Below, in pieces: positions 27,545 to 40,188 of a stretch of 64,000 nucleotides of DNA. The stretch covers positions 44,640,001 to 44,704,000 of the forward strand of contig OX597819.1 of NCBI GenBank assembly GCA_951406725.2. Reading direction: 5' to 3'. The DNA is from Octopus vulgaris. Taxonomy: Eukaryota. The position numbers were made by a program, and so were the translations under genes. How positions within the stretch are numbered: the stretch's first letter is position 1; every line of letters starts with the position of its first letter. The notes under the pieces were generated by a model. That model ran no database searches and had not been told where the DNA came from. It saw nothing but the letters and a program-made list of their open reading frames with translations.

Positions 27545-30500
27545 TGACATGCTCAGTAATGTACTTGCTGTTTTCTTCCAGTGAACTGTGTTAATTTCAC
27601 GCCGCGGAAACTTAATGAAAGACTCCTTGTTCTACTAAGTAATGCTGTCTTCTGGGTGGGCTCTATTTTTATTTTTCGTGACTCTCAATTACAACCACTT
27701 TTAAATTTCTTTGCTTACTTAAGGCACCAACAACTACTGGCACATACACCCCTTTTTCCATCAATCATAGAGAGAGAAAATATCGTGATAGTTGCTTCTG
27801 AAGTGGCTTACCTCTTTGGTTTTAATTCTAAAAAGATTCTATAACTTTTGTACAACAGGTATTTTATTATTTGCAGATCATCGGTTGCAATCACAGACTC
27901 TTCAAAGTGAGAGATGATATACTATCGGTTGGCGTATTAGATAAAGCAATTTGGCCATCAATATTACAATCACTTTGAAACTTACCGACGATATCAAATT
28001 GTATGATCTGTTTCCGATAAGCAGAGTTACCAACCTGGCATTCATCCTCGACAGAGCTGTTTAACTTCACTGCGTGAGTATTGCTGGTCAGCAGTCAAGA
28101 AGCACATTCCGAGCATCTCTTTTCCAGTTCCTATTTCCTTCATGTAAGTTTATTTTATCCACGGAAGTTTGTCGATTAGTATATTTTGTGGCAACAAATT
28201 AGTGCAACATTCAAAGGTTGCTTGATTCTCTGAAGTTTCTACCTTGCTTTCGTATACGTATATTTACTTAGTTTATCAAATTCCAATCCTGATAGGAACA
28301 TTTCTGATAGTGGTTTATGCCTTTCATGTTTTAACATCAATGTTACGTATCTCATCTAACTTCCAATCGATCAGTTCAAAATATCCTTAAGTACTGGTAC
28401 AACAGATATATTTTGATTTGTTGTATGCTGATGGCATTGAGGACCATGATTATATACACGAATGTTAATTCTCCTGTTTTCAAGTGTCTTGTTGCAGATC
28501 CTATTATAGGATGTATTTTTATATATTTTTAAGGACCGGCCGCGTTTGTCGAGGTATCGAAGACATAGTTAGGCCATTCAAATTGCCACGATTATTTTCC
28601 TTTAATTTCACAGTCGGTCACATGCTGGCGCAAATGTATTCCTATGCCTTGCAGAACTAACATAATAAGATCATAGCTTTTCTTTATACCAATGACACTT
28701 TTGTCTTGTACTTTAAGATCGTTCACAAAGATACATACCAGGTTGGGTCAAAAGTCTTTCGGTTTTCAATGATGGGTTTTGGCAACTTGTATCTGCATGT
28801 TATATCATTAATTTTATACAACTTATTGTCCAATCATTGCTGAATTGTCTTATTTTCATATATAACATATAAACACGAATTACTTTTCATTATTTTACAG
28901 CCTTGATAATGAATGGTGACAAATTGCAATGTGAGATATTTTATGCTAGCTGTGGGAAAAAGAACTGAGTGCGAGGGCAAGGGCAAAAGAAATCAATGAT
29001 GTGAAAACCCCAGGAACTGACAACGAATGTGTTGCACACCACTGATTCAGACGTTTTAAGGAAGGTGACACGAGCCTCGAAGGCAGACAAAAGTCAAGGA
29101 GATCCTCTGTTGTTGAAGATGGGGCCTGGCTTGAATTGGTTGAACAACGGTCAAGAACAAACACTGACAAATTATCGACAGAACGTCTTGTCGACCATTT
29201 ATAAATTGTCGACAGTTCTTTATAAAGACCCGTCAATCGACTCTTCCATAAGCTCGGCCTTGTGAACAGACACTGTAGAGAAGATCGTTATGGATTGATC
29301 AATGACTGGGCTCAACGACGTGCGAGCATTTGCAAACAACATCTCGTAAATCCTCGAGATGCCCATCTTTGGCGTTCAAGTGTAACTGGGAATGAAAAAT
29401 GGATCTATTTTCGTAATTCCTAATAGGAGAAACCAGTGACTTCGCTCTGGCCAAGGGTTCAGAACCTGCTATCAAACAAGGATGGTTTGAACAAAAGTTC
29501 ATGTTTTGCATTTGGTGGTATTTGAAGGGATTGTTGCACTTTGGGCTTGTCCCAGATGGTCATGCTGTGAACGCTAAACTTTATGTTGAACACCTGCAGC
29601 TATATGATTCTTAAAAGCCTGCTACCCGGCATTGGTCAATTGAAGAGGCGCACTTCTACAGCCTGACTATACCCCATCACGTACTACTAATGTGACTAAG
29701 CGCTGACTTCAGGAACTTTTGGTGCTGGAAGTGCTGCTTCACCCTGCTCACAGTCCAGCCCTTGCACCGTCTGTTTACAGACATTTTCTGAGCCATGACT
29801 CATTTCCTGCACGAACGGAGGTTCAGAAATGTGGATCAGGTTCAAAACAGCAGGGAGCTTTTGCCTATGAACCAGGCAAATATTATAGGCGTCGAACCGA
29901 GCTTCTGGAACGACAATGACAACAGCAAAAAGAACATAATGTAATATATTTTGATGAATAAACACATAATATGAACTATTATACCAAGGCTATAAATACG
30001 AAAAAACTGTTGACCCAATCTGGTATCAGGGGAACGCTTTTATCTTTTCTTGAGCTTAATATCTTTCAGATTTCCTCAACAATTAAAATAGGAGACTCTC
30101 TTCAAATATTAACAACATCACAAAGACGCTGTTCGTGTGAAATATTCAGCCCCGAAAATTTATAATGATACTGACAATATAGTCTTTTTTCTTAGGAATG
30201 CTGGCTCTCAATGAAATTATATTACTGTAGACTATATAATGATTTCTGAAACATGGAACCGACGGAGATATACCTTCCTTATGTATAGCTTCTATATGTA
30301 TAGCTTCCAATTCTTTGTTCACTGCAGTCAGTTTTCCCTTACGCCGTCGCATATTTGATATCATAATTTTAAAATTAAAACTTACTCGGTACATCCCCGC
30401 GATTCCTCCTCCTCGGTGGTGATGATATTGGTTGCATCACAGCGATTGAGAAGCACAAGATTTTAGACATTCTGTATGCATTTCATACATTAAATTCTTG

Positions 30501-31200
30501 CACTCAATTCATCGATATTTCTTTGCCATGTGAGTGACTTTGGTTTTTGGCATTAGAGTATTTTCTGAAAATGCAAGCCAACTTGGTATATTTATGTCCC
30601 CACTGAGAACTCGATGGTAAAGATCAATAAGACATCCTCGATAAAATATCAGTTTTTTTGTACCAATAACCGACAATCAATTCTTTTCCTGGTGCTTTCC
30701 TTTCTAAAGCATTTTATGTAACAGTCTCATGGGTATGTCAAGTGATAGAGTATATTTTGGTGTAATGCAAGAACAAAATTCCTTGCGAATTTCCTCTAGC
30801 CACACTACATCCTGATTAAACTCCTTTTTTACAGTCCATAATGAATTCGTATCTTCCTAAAAAATGTCCCCTGTGAGTTTTATTGTCTGTTATCTCATAT
30901 TTTTTTTCTGAAGATTGCTGATTAATTTCCTGTTAATTATCTTTCCTTTGACCATTATTTTCTGAAGCTGCAGTTTCTTATTGACAATTTTTAGCTTTTG
31001 CCTCAGCATGATCAATTCATACTCGAATGTTCTCTTCCTACTGTCGCCAAACATAACTTCTATTTATTTTTCAATTATTATTGAGAGAAGGGAAGTTATT
31101 TGTTTACTTCTGATTGATAAATATTCCCACTTAACTGATACTCTCGTAAATCAACTATTTTTCTTTTTTTCCAAATTCATAATGGAATTTCTTTTTATTT
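27545..31200 (-). pseudogene. Ancient R4/Dong-like RT/RLE fossil, interrupted by a mariner
   Basis: 30540-30710 reads KAPGKELIVGYWYKK/LIFYRGCLIDLYHRVLSGDINIPSWLAFSENTLMPK, aligning to KSPGKDKIPNFWL..ELYNDVL..PPWL...TFLLPK of the 54272-55585 ORF; near 27640-27750 VPVVVGAL..QKTALL. Boundaries approximate. Confidence 0.6.
28738..30023 (+). mobile_element. Full-length (1286 bp) decayed mariner
   Basis: TIRs ccaggttgggtcaaaag / ctgttgacccaatctgg, each flanked by TA; FRRFKEGDTSLE and VLLHPAHSPALAPSVYRHF (YSPDLAP motif); many stops. Confidence 0.92.
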
Positions 31201-31823
31201 GAAATTCACACCGTATGGCTTTTTTGGTAAGATTAACTTACCTATACTGGTCACACGGTGCTTTATTGATCTATACTATAAAAAGCAAATAAATAAATTT
31301 GCAAATAAATGAAATATAAAATACCATAATATAAATGCAAATAACCACAATGATCAAGCTGGAGAAAGAGTATAAAACCCCAATAAATATTTATAATAGC
31401 AGTCTTTCAAGCCTAACCCTCCCCAAAACACGCAGTTTAAAATTTCTTACAGATCTTTTAGATCTCACCAACACCAATTTAACCTCAGACTGACATCTGT
31501 TAGGTACCAACTAAATCAACAAAAATATTAGTTGTGAAACCTAAAACATAAGAAAACCTGAAATTGATACACCTCTACAGTTACTTCCACGCTTTGCTGA
31601 ACCGTGACTTAATTTCCGCACCTACAGAAAGAACATCTTATCACAATAACTTTCTATCAATCCAAACTCTACAAACACATAACTTCCTTCCTGCCTCACC
31701 TTCTCTATTACATCTCTCTGCACATCTACTTCCCTAAACTTCCCACGCCTCATTAACCCCGATTTCACATTACACCACATACCTCAAAAGCAGCTGTATA
31801 AAACCATGCGAAAAATGTGTAGC

Positions 31824-31867
31824 ACAGTCTGACGAAGGCGATCAACCGGGAACTCCGAAGTTACTGT
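31824..31867 (+). ncRNA. Type I hammerhead-like fold with a core substitution
   Basis: acagt-CTGACGA-a-gg/cc-g-GGAA-ct-ccga-ag-TT-actgt: 5-bp stem I, GAAA changed to GGAA; lies at the end of a C/A-rich ~0.5-kb tract. Confidence 0.5.
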
Positions 31868-32420
31868 CAGCATTTTCCTTGTGAAATTTATTTTACGGAA
31901 AAACATTGAGCAATCATTCAGTATAAAATTAAGTGGATTTATGTATAACGTGGCATAAAATCAGAGGGAACCACAGAACCTTTTATAATATTGTCTCAAG
32001 TAAAATATCCAAATTTTGGCCTGTAATAAGTATTATAACCATTTTAAATTCTCCCATCATCCTTCGACAAATGCAACTGGAACAAGTTTCTAGGAATTAC
32101 GTATCTAGAGTTACTGAGATTCAGTTTGCATTTTTTAAATTGTTTTTCTTCATTTATTTAAGTTTATTTTGTCATAACTAGCCTTACTGTTTGAGCGTAC
32201 GTTTGCTAGAATTTGAACACAATAAGCATTTCCTAGAACGCAAACCATGATGATTAATTATGGAGTTTTAATAGCATATCAATTTTTTTATTTCCTTCTC
32301 CATATACAGCACAAATATCTCGACCAGATTTTGAGGCCTTAGAACCTTGATGAAAAGCAAAAAGGTGTCGAAAATGCTCGTTTTTCTTAACTTTACACTC
32401 TATTTTAATGATCTGAAAAT

Positions 32421-32588
32421 GCTAAGCGGCATTTGTCTCGGCCTTACGAGGTAGGTTCAAATTTCATTGAGGTCGATTTTGCTTTACAGTTTCGAGAACA
32501 TAAGTACCATTTAAATAATGTGGTCGACGTAATCGACTAACCTCTTCCTCAAAATTCCAGGCTTTACACCTATAGTAGAAGGAATGGT
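32421..32588 (+). mobile_element. Degenerate SINE family B
   Basis: gctaagcggcattt..ggttcaaattt..gaggtcgattttgc..gtaatcgacta..tagtagaagga. Confidence 0.65.
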
Positions 32589-32694
32589 TACTTATGTGAA
32601 TTGCCCACAGTTTTAAGAAAGGCTTTTGAAAATTTTTCAGACTTGGAAAAACGTGAACACACACACACACACACATACACACACACACGCCCAA

Positions 32695-32725
<31 letters not shown>

Positions 32726-32747
32726 CACACACACATATACTTATATA

Positions 32748-32961
32748 CGAGGGGTGCTGAAAAGTCCTGGCTTTAAGGATAGTGCGGAAGGCTTGTCTGA
32801 TGGCCCAACCCTCCGAGTTCTTTTACAGGGCTTTGAAAAACTGGAGGACTGCTGCAACAAGTGTGTGAACCTGATAGTGGTGTTTGTTGAATAAGTTTAT
32901 AATTAAGTAATCCTCCTGTATTTTCTTTTACCTATAGATAGGAAATTTTCAGCATCCCTCG
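32748..32961 (+). mobile_element. Mariner-derived MITE (214 bp)
   Basis: TIRs cgaggggtgctgaaaa / ttttcagcatccctcg with TA flanks; keeps the transposase C-terminus LQGFEKLEDCCNKCVNL...VE*. Confidence 0.88.
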
Positions 32962-33218
32962 TACATTCCTATTATGTCTCCACCTTCATGGACACAGTGT
33001 GTAAGCAGCTTCTCAAATCATTTACCAAATATTCTAAAAAATTAAGCCAGCAGTTTAAGTAGGTAGATTTCATCAATTTTTTAGAATTAAACGTAGTTCA
33101 ATCGACTAGTGGACACTTATAACAAAGCACTCAAATCTAACAGTTTCAAGGAACGATTTAAGTTTAAAAAGCAAATTAGGTGGAAAAGCAGGAAAGGTAG
33201 CATGAGCAATTTATGGTA

Positions 33219-34163
33219 TTGGGTTGGCAACTAAGTTCCAGCCGATTTTTTTAAATTTAAATTTTTAAAAAGTTTTAATAAAAACCAACAACTCATTGAT
33301 CAATAATGTATTCACCCTTGTTGTTTACAACTTCTTCCCAACGTTCAATAAGATTTTCAATACCTCGTTGCTAGAAATCAACCGATTTCGACTAGAAAAA
33401 TTGATCCAACCAAGCTCTCAATTCCGCATCAGTATTGAACGAAACTCCGCGCATAGCATTTGAAAGAATCAAAAGAGGTGGAAATCCGTTGGGGCCAAAT
33501 CATGAGAGTACGAGTTTTCGTCGCCAGTAACGATTCGGTAAAGAAACCGTTGCTTGTGTCCATGAGCTGAGCGGTGACGAGCAAGCAAAGCAGCGGAGAT
33601 TGTGGCTCGTTGATTTTTGGTGTTGTCACTTAAACCATGCGAAACCCATACTCCATACTTCTGAACCTTTCCCATCGAGTGGAGATACTTCACTATAGCA
33701 GTGTGGGAGCATTCCATTTTCTCTGCCAGTTCCCTTGTCGTTTGACGAGAATTTTCGTTCCAAAGTTTCTTTCAGTCACTCTTCATCGAATTCAAATGCA
33801 CGGCCAGAACGAGGTGCGTCTTTGATGTCAAAATTTCCATTTTTGAACTAGGCATTACCAATCACGAGCGGTTCTTTCAGCTATGGCACCCTCTCCATAT
33901 ACAGCACAAATATCTCGACCAGATTTTGAGGCCTTAGAACCTTGATGAAAAGCAAAAAGGTGTCGAAAATGCTCGTTTTTCTTAACTTGACACTCTATTT
34001 TAATGATCTGAAAATAAACAAAAATTAACAAAAATTAACTAGAAAAAAATATATTCCAAAATGATGCAAAAATAGAGTTCTCGAAAAAAATAGATTCTAA
34101 AATTTAAAAACGCAATAAATTCTAAAATTTAAAAAAACAGTGGTAACTTAGTTGCCAACCCAA
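33219..34163 (-). mobile_element. Internally deleted mariner (945 bp)
   Basis: TIRs ttgggttggcaactaagtt / aacttagttgccaacccaa; GVWVSHGL (WVPHEL motif), RIVTGDE, YSHDLAPTDFHLF. Confidence 0.93.
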
Positions 34164-34249
34164 CATAATTGCGATTCTTAGAACTCATACGTCTCGTCAA
34201 CAGTTTTACATAGCGTGTTTCTGACCGAAATCACAGCACCTTCAGTCCA

Positions 34250-34418
34250 CGGAGCGCCAGTCTGTCGTAAGCTAACAGATTTACAGTCGAGTGAACTGGA
34301 CAAGGTGAAATGAAGTGTTTTGCTCAAGAACAAAACGTGTCGTCTGGTCCAGCAATCGAAACCATTATCTCGCGATCGTCAGTGCAGCGCCCTAAGCATT
34401 GAGCCAACGGCCTTCACT
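34250..34418 (-). mobile_element. Degenerate tRNA-derived SINE
   Basis: Minus strand: tggctcaatgcttagggcg..ggtttcgattg..ttcttgagcaaaacacttcatttcac. Confidence 0.6.
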
Positions 34419-34809
34419 TCTATGATGTTATCCGCTCTAGTTTATTTTATATTATGCATGTATAAGATAAAACCCTGTCCAGTTATAAAAAATTATTTCC
34501 CCATTCCGATAAAATATTTAACGAATTCAATCGACTTAAGCTGTACTATAATGTCAATTGTTTCGAATGTAACATCCTCCGCGAGCATTAAAGAGATTAT
34601 ATAAAATGTTCAAAATCAAGATAACTAACATCAAACAAAATGCAACAGTAATTCTTGAAATACATGTCCAGCTAGTGGAGATATTCTGGAAAGATCACTA
34701 ACATAAGCAGATTGTATAACACTGTGTATCGATTTTTAAAAAAACAGAATTGAATATGTATGAAAAACTGGAACCAACCTTAAAACTCGGACCTAACAAC
34801 ATTAATATA

Positions 34810-35029
34810 CAGGGCTGGCCAAAAGTCACCCGACAGTAAATCAAAATCCCACATGTACTATGTGTATGTAATACCCTATTGACTCGAATGGAAAAGAATG
34901 TGTCGCTCAAAGACTTCAGTTTGAACAATTCTCATGGTGTTTTATCAAATTCATTCAGTTGTTAAACATAAATAAATCTTGGACTTAAATGGGTTTGATT
35001 TACCGTCAGGTGACTATTGGCCAACCCTG
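34810..35029. mobile_element. Tc1/mariner-type MITE (220 bp)
   Basis: ~36-bp imperfect TIRs cagggctggccaaaagtcacccgacagtaaatcaaa / tttgatttaccgtcaggtgactattggccaaccctg; TA on the left. Confidence 0.85.
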
Positions 35030-35590
35030 TTTTTATCTCAGCATTGACGATAAAAGAGACTCCAAATTTGTGGCGCATGTGTGGTCTTAATGATTGCAAT
35101 ATGAGTATACCTTAAAGCGGAAACATTTAGAAAAAGTTACAACATACGCCCAATCAAAAACTCGTTTTAATCTAAGCACGATTTAAAAGTTAATGATTTA
35201 AACATTTACGAAGACTTTCTGAATATCGTTTAATGTCTTGACACCCCCTTAAAAGTTGCAATGATGTCCAATGCGGAGTAAAGTGGCGATTCACATATAT
35301 CTGGCGATGATTAAGGAATTGTAACTTCGTTTGCTATACTCGCTCGTTAGTGACAGCTAGCTGTACTCCCTCGCTCATACAAATACATGCAAATGCACAC
35401 ACCCATGTATATGTATATGTATATGTGTGTGTCTGTGTCTATTTATTTGAATATATATACACACATACACACGCATAAAAACACATGCACACACACATGT
35501 ATACATACACACACATGTATACACACACACACACACATATATAATATATACGTATTTATAAATAAATAACAAGAGATGGATTATGTGTCA

Positions 35591-35919
35591 ATTCACTACA
35601 GCTGTTTCCCCCAAAAATTTTAATTGATTAATGGTGACATTACATCATTAGGAAAAAAAGCTGTTTTCATCAAGTGAATACATGAAACACAACATTCAAA
35701 AACATTCAAAATCCAACGAGTTGTGCACCCTCTCATTCTATGACCAACAAGGCTCATAGAATGATGACTAACAAGGACCATAGAATCATGAAGGTGCATA
35801 TCCCGTTGGATTTTGCATGTTTTTGAATGTAGTGGTTCATATATTCAACTGATGAAAACAGTTTCTTTCTAATAATGTAATGTCTCAGCTAATTTAAAAA
35901 ATCGTTGGAAACAGCTGTA
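35591..35919. repeat. Decayed ~320-bp foldback with a hammerhead-like motif on each arm
   Basis: Arms pair from tacagctgtttcc / ggaaacagctgta inward; each arm reads (C/T)TGATGA...GAAACAGCTGTA. Confidence 0.75.
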
Positions 35920-35949
35920 CGTCTTTTGTTTTTTTTGTAAACTCTCCCT

Positions 35950-36065
<116 letters not shown>

Positions 36066-36084
36066 TATATATATATATATACAC

Positions 36085-36155
<71 letters not shown>

Positions 36156-37315
36156 TCATAGATAGATAAATAGATAGATGTACAAAACATATATACATAC
36201 ATACACAGACATATACACATATAGCCCAAATATATTAAATGGATATAGATATGCATCCTTATGTAATAATATATGTACGTGTGTGTGTATATATATATAT
36301 GAAGAGAGAGAGAGAGAGAGAAACATACATACATGCATATGTGTGTATGCTTGATGGGACGACTCACTGTTTTGTCATCAATATAATTACGGTCAACGTA
36401 TCATCTTCACTTTAATTGCTGCCACCACTCTCGTCGTCGTTCATTATGTCCATGTGCTGCTGCTGATGATAATGATAGGCGTGTGTGTGTATGTGTGTGC
36501 ATATGTATATATGTGTACATGTGTGTATGTGTGAGTATATGCATGCGCGTACATACACTTACGCACACAAATATCCTACATACAAGCATACACGGAAGCA
36601 TATAAGAATTGTATATGTATCTTAATATATGCAGCGTGCATATATTATGGTGGTAGTGTTGATAGTAGTACCATTATTACGAAGAGACAAACGAGAAGAT
36701 TGGAAGAATAGATGGTGATGGTGGTGGTGGTGGTGGTGTTAGTAGTGGTGGTAGTGGTGCTACTGCCTAAGGAGACGGTGACGTCAGCAAATACGACGGC
36801 GACGATGTCGACGAAGATACAGATAATTATAATGCTGATGTTAATGAAGACGGAAGCTCTCGTTGAAGAACAACGTGATGTAATAGAGTACGATAAGGAG
36901 AATGAAAACTTTGCTTAATCTCAGTGTTATCTGGAGAAAGTTAAGCAACAAGTAGTTACACGTAAAGGGCGGTGGGAAGGAAACAATAGATAAAGAGACA
37001 TTTGGTGACTGAATGAGAGAGTGGGAGTGAGAGAGAGAGAGAGAGTGAGAGATGGAGAGAGGGAGAGAGAGAATATGGTATAATGAGGCATAAGGAGGAG
37101 ATGGAAAGAAGAAAATGTGAGAGAAAGGAAACGATGAAAGATAGCTGGTATTCTTAATAAAGCACATGGACATATGCTTGCATATATAAACATGTAGTTC
37201 ACTGTAATACTTATGCAGATGTACGTACATACATACATGCATACACACACACACACACATACATACATACATACATACATACATACATACATACATACAT
37301 ACATACATACATACA

Positions 37316-37347
<32 letters not shown>

Positions 37348-37359
37348 GATATATAGATA

Positions 37360-38679
37360 TAAATTTAAAAAGTTACAAAAATACAGAATTACAGTTCTTC
37401 ATGGCAGTGAATGCAGACAACATTGGAATGTTCTTGGCAAACATGAATATTACAATTCTTACATCTCGTACGAGTTTTCCTGTCTTTTGGGGTGCCACAC
37501 AAATTACATCTTCCTGTTTTTCTTTGGCTGAGGAATCTCAAATGAGGTTGAAGATAATCTTCTTTTCTCATGTGGTTGACAAAATGTTAGCGGAACTAGA
37601 AGATTGTTTGTCATCTTCTTGTTTAGCATTAACTCCAGCAAGTTCCTTTCCCAACTGAATTAGGCACTGTCTGTTTTTTATTCTTGAAACTTTGTAAGTG
37701 AAGCTGTTTAGCAACAAGGAAAACATTCTCTGCACTTATATCAATCATGGAGTAGAATATAACCGTAGGTCATCTTCGAGTAAGTTTTTGCAAGTGTATG
37801 TCCTTACCATCTTAGCTAGGGTATTTACTCCTCCTTTTGTTTTGTTGTAACAGGTAATAATTTCAGGTTTCTTTTCAGCACTTTCTGAATCAATTGAAGG
37901 CTGAGAGTGCCTGGAGTTCAAATTGTGACTACATAATGTTTCTTGGGACAATAAGACAGGATCGTAGAATCCTTTTGAAATCCAAATATTGGGCTGTTGA
38001 TATCGTTTCTTTTCCATTTGTGAAAGCACTTAGAAGTTCAACTCTGTTGTTTCTAATTGTTTCAACTAAAGCAGTTTTCTTGCTAAGCATCTTTCGAGCC
38101 AATCCTAGAGTTGTGAAAAAGTTATCACCAGTAATATTGCGACCAGTATTTTCAAGTTCTTTTACTAGGTCTTCAACAGAACTTGAACCTTTATTTGTCT
38201 TTCTCCCTTTTACTGGATCTTTTCCAGTGTAGATTTGCATTTTCCCGGCATAAGATGTTTCACTGTCGGATATTGCCCAAATTTTAATTCCATATTTCCT
38301 TGGTTTTGAAGGAATATATACCTGGAATGGGCGGCGCCCTCTGAATGAAACTAATTGTTCATCATCTGTCATGCATGAACTTGGAACATATCCATCTTTT
38401 TAATTCTGATTCCACATTTCAAATACTTCTCTTATGGGCTCCATTTTATCATCACTTCTATTTTTTCTTCTTGCACTAGCATCATTAAAACGCAAAACTT
38501 GTAAAATCTGTTGAAATCTTCCCCAGGTCATAATTTTGCTGAATACTGGGTGGCCATCTTCTTCACTCCATTACTGTGTGACATTTTCATGTTTAGATTT
38601 ATAAACACCTATAAGAATAATCAGCCCAAGAATATTTATCCACCAAAGCGGTCTCATTCTGACAGTTCGATACTAGTTA

Positions 38680-38680
<1 letters not shown>
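37360..38680 (-). mobile_element. piggyBac transposase fossil
   Basis: DEQLVSFRGR.PF..YIPSKP.KYGIKIW, ITGDNFFT, YNKTKGGV and a C-terminal Cys-rich domain RCNLC..CKNC..VC.EH...C..C; TTAA at 38677. Confidence 0.92.
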
Positions 38681-38713
<33 letters not shown>

Positions 38714-38719
<6 letters not shown>

Positions 38720-38845
38720 TATATAGAAGGAGCTTCTACAGGACTAGAACTGTTTCATTCAAGAGAGATCATCAGGAAGCTTCCTGATGATTTCTCTTGA
38801 ATGAAACAGTTCTAGTCCTGTAGAAGCTCCTTCTATATAATAAAT
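38714..38845. repeat. 132-bp spacerless palindrome, one mismatch
   Basis: Centre aag|ctt at 38779/38780; only 38767/38792 mismatch. Confidence 0.97.
38778..38828 (+). ncRNA. Type I hammerhead ribozyme (mirror copy on the minus strand, 38731-38781)
   Basis: agcttc-CTGATGA-t-ttc-tctt-gaa-t-GAAA-cag-ttctagtc-ctg-TA-gaagct: stem I 6 bp, short stem II, stem III 4 bp, GUA triplet, predicted cut after 38822. Confidence 0.75.
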
Positions 38846-38911
38846 TAATTTTACTCTGCTATGTATTGAGTACCTTATTTACTGTGGTTAACCCCGAATC
38901 AACCCGGGACC

Positions 38912-39029
<118 letters not shown>

Positions 39030-39315
39030 CACACACATTTTATCGTTATTTGGGGATTATTGTCGCCTTTATTGAGCTCTTTACAGTAATGATTTACGCT
39101 AAAATGATGTTTTCTATGCTTGTGAAATGCTTAGTAGTATGATTACGAAATTTACACATACATGTACACTGATACACAAATGCACACATATATACATATA
39201 TAAAATATATAGGTACATATTTACGTATATAAATATAAAAAATATATAGGTACATATATATATATGGAAATATATAAATATATATATATATATATGCATA
39301 AATATCTATCTGTCA

Positions 39316-39356
<41 letters not shown>

Positions 39357-39368
39357 CCAATCTATCTT

Positions 39369-39466
<98 letters not shown>

Positions 39467-40188
39467 ATATATATGAAACATATTTACATATATGCAATAT
39501 ATAGACACATATTTACATATCTCTCTCTATAGATATGCAAACACAAAATAACATAACGAAGTGCAGTATAAAAGAGAATTTGAAAATAATAATCGAAGAC
39601 GCAGTTAAAACAAAAAAATTCCCTATCGATTTGTTAGATATTTTCGCTGTAAATGATACATGGATACTTATCTCTAACATTCGACATTTACGAGTGTTGA
39701 TACAATAGCATACCAGCTGGTAGAGAGAAAAAATATCAAAGATATAAGTAGGAAAATATATTGAAGATTACATAAAAATATGACTGATATTGCAAACAGT
39801 TATATTTATTTCATTTGTGATAATTTTATATATGTTTTGCTTTATCATCATATCTCACATTGGATATGGGTATTTTAATCAGATATAGTGTTACGTAGGT
39901 ACGCCAACGTATACATACACACACACAAACACACATATTTCCATATTTATATTCATATATTGACTATTAATATATATGCATTCGCTATTATTAATATGCG
40001 TCTGATTGATATTAATAAATATCTATATGTATATCTAGATATGTGTATATATGTGTGTGCTTGTGCATTGAGAATATTAATAGGATATGTTAATAATATT
40101 CGTGGTATGATATGCATGAGGAGACAATACTGATATATCAGTGGTGGTTATGTGACTGCTTATGTATATATACATACATATGTTTATA

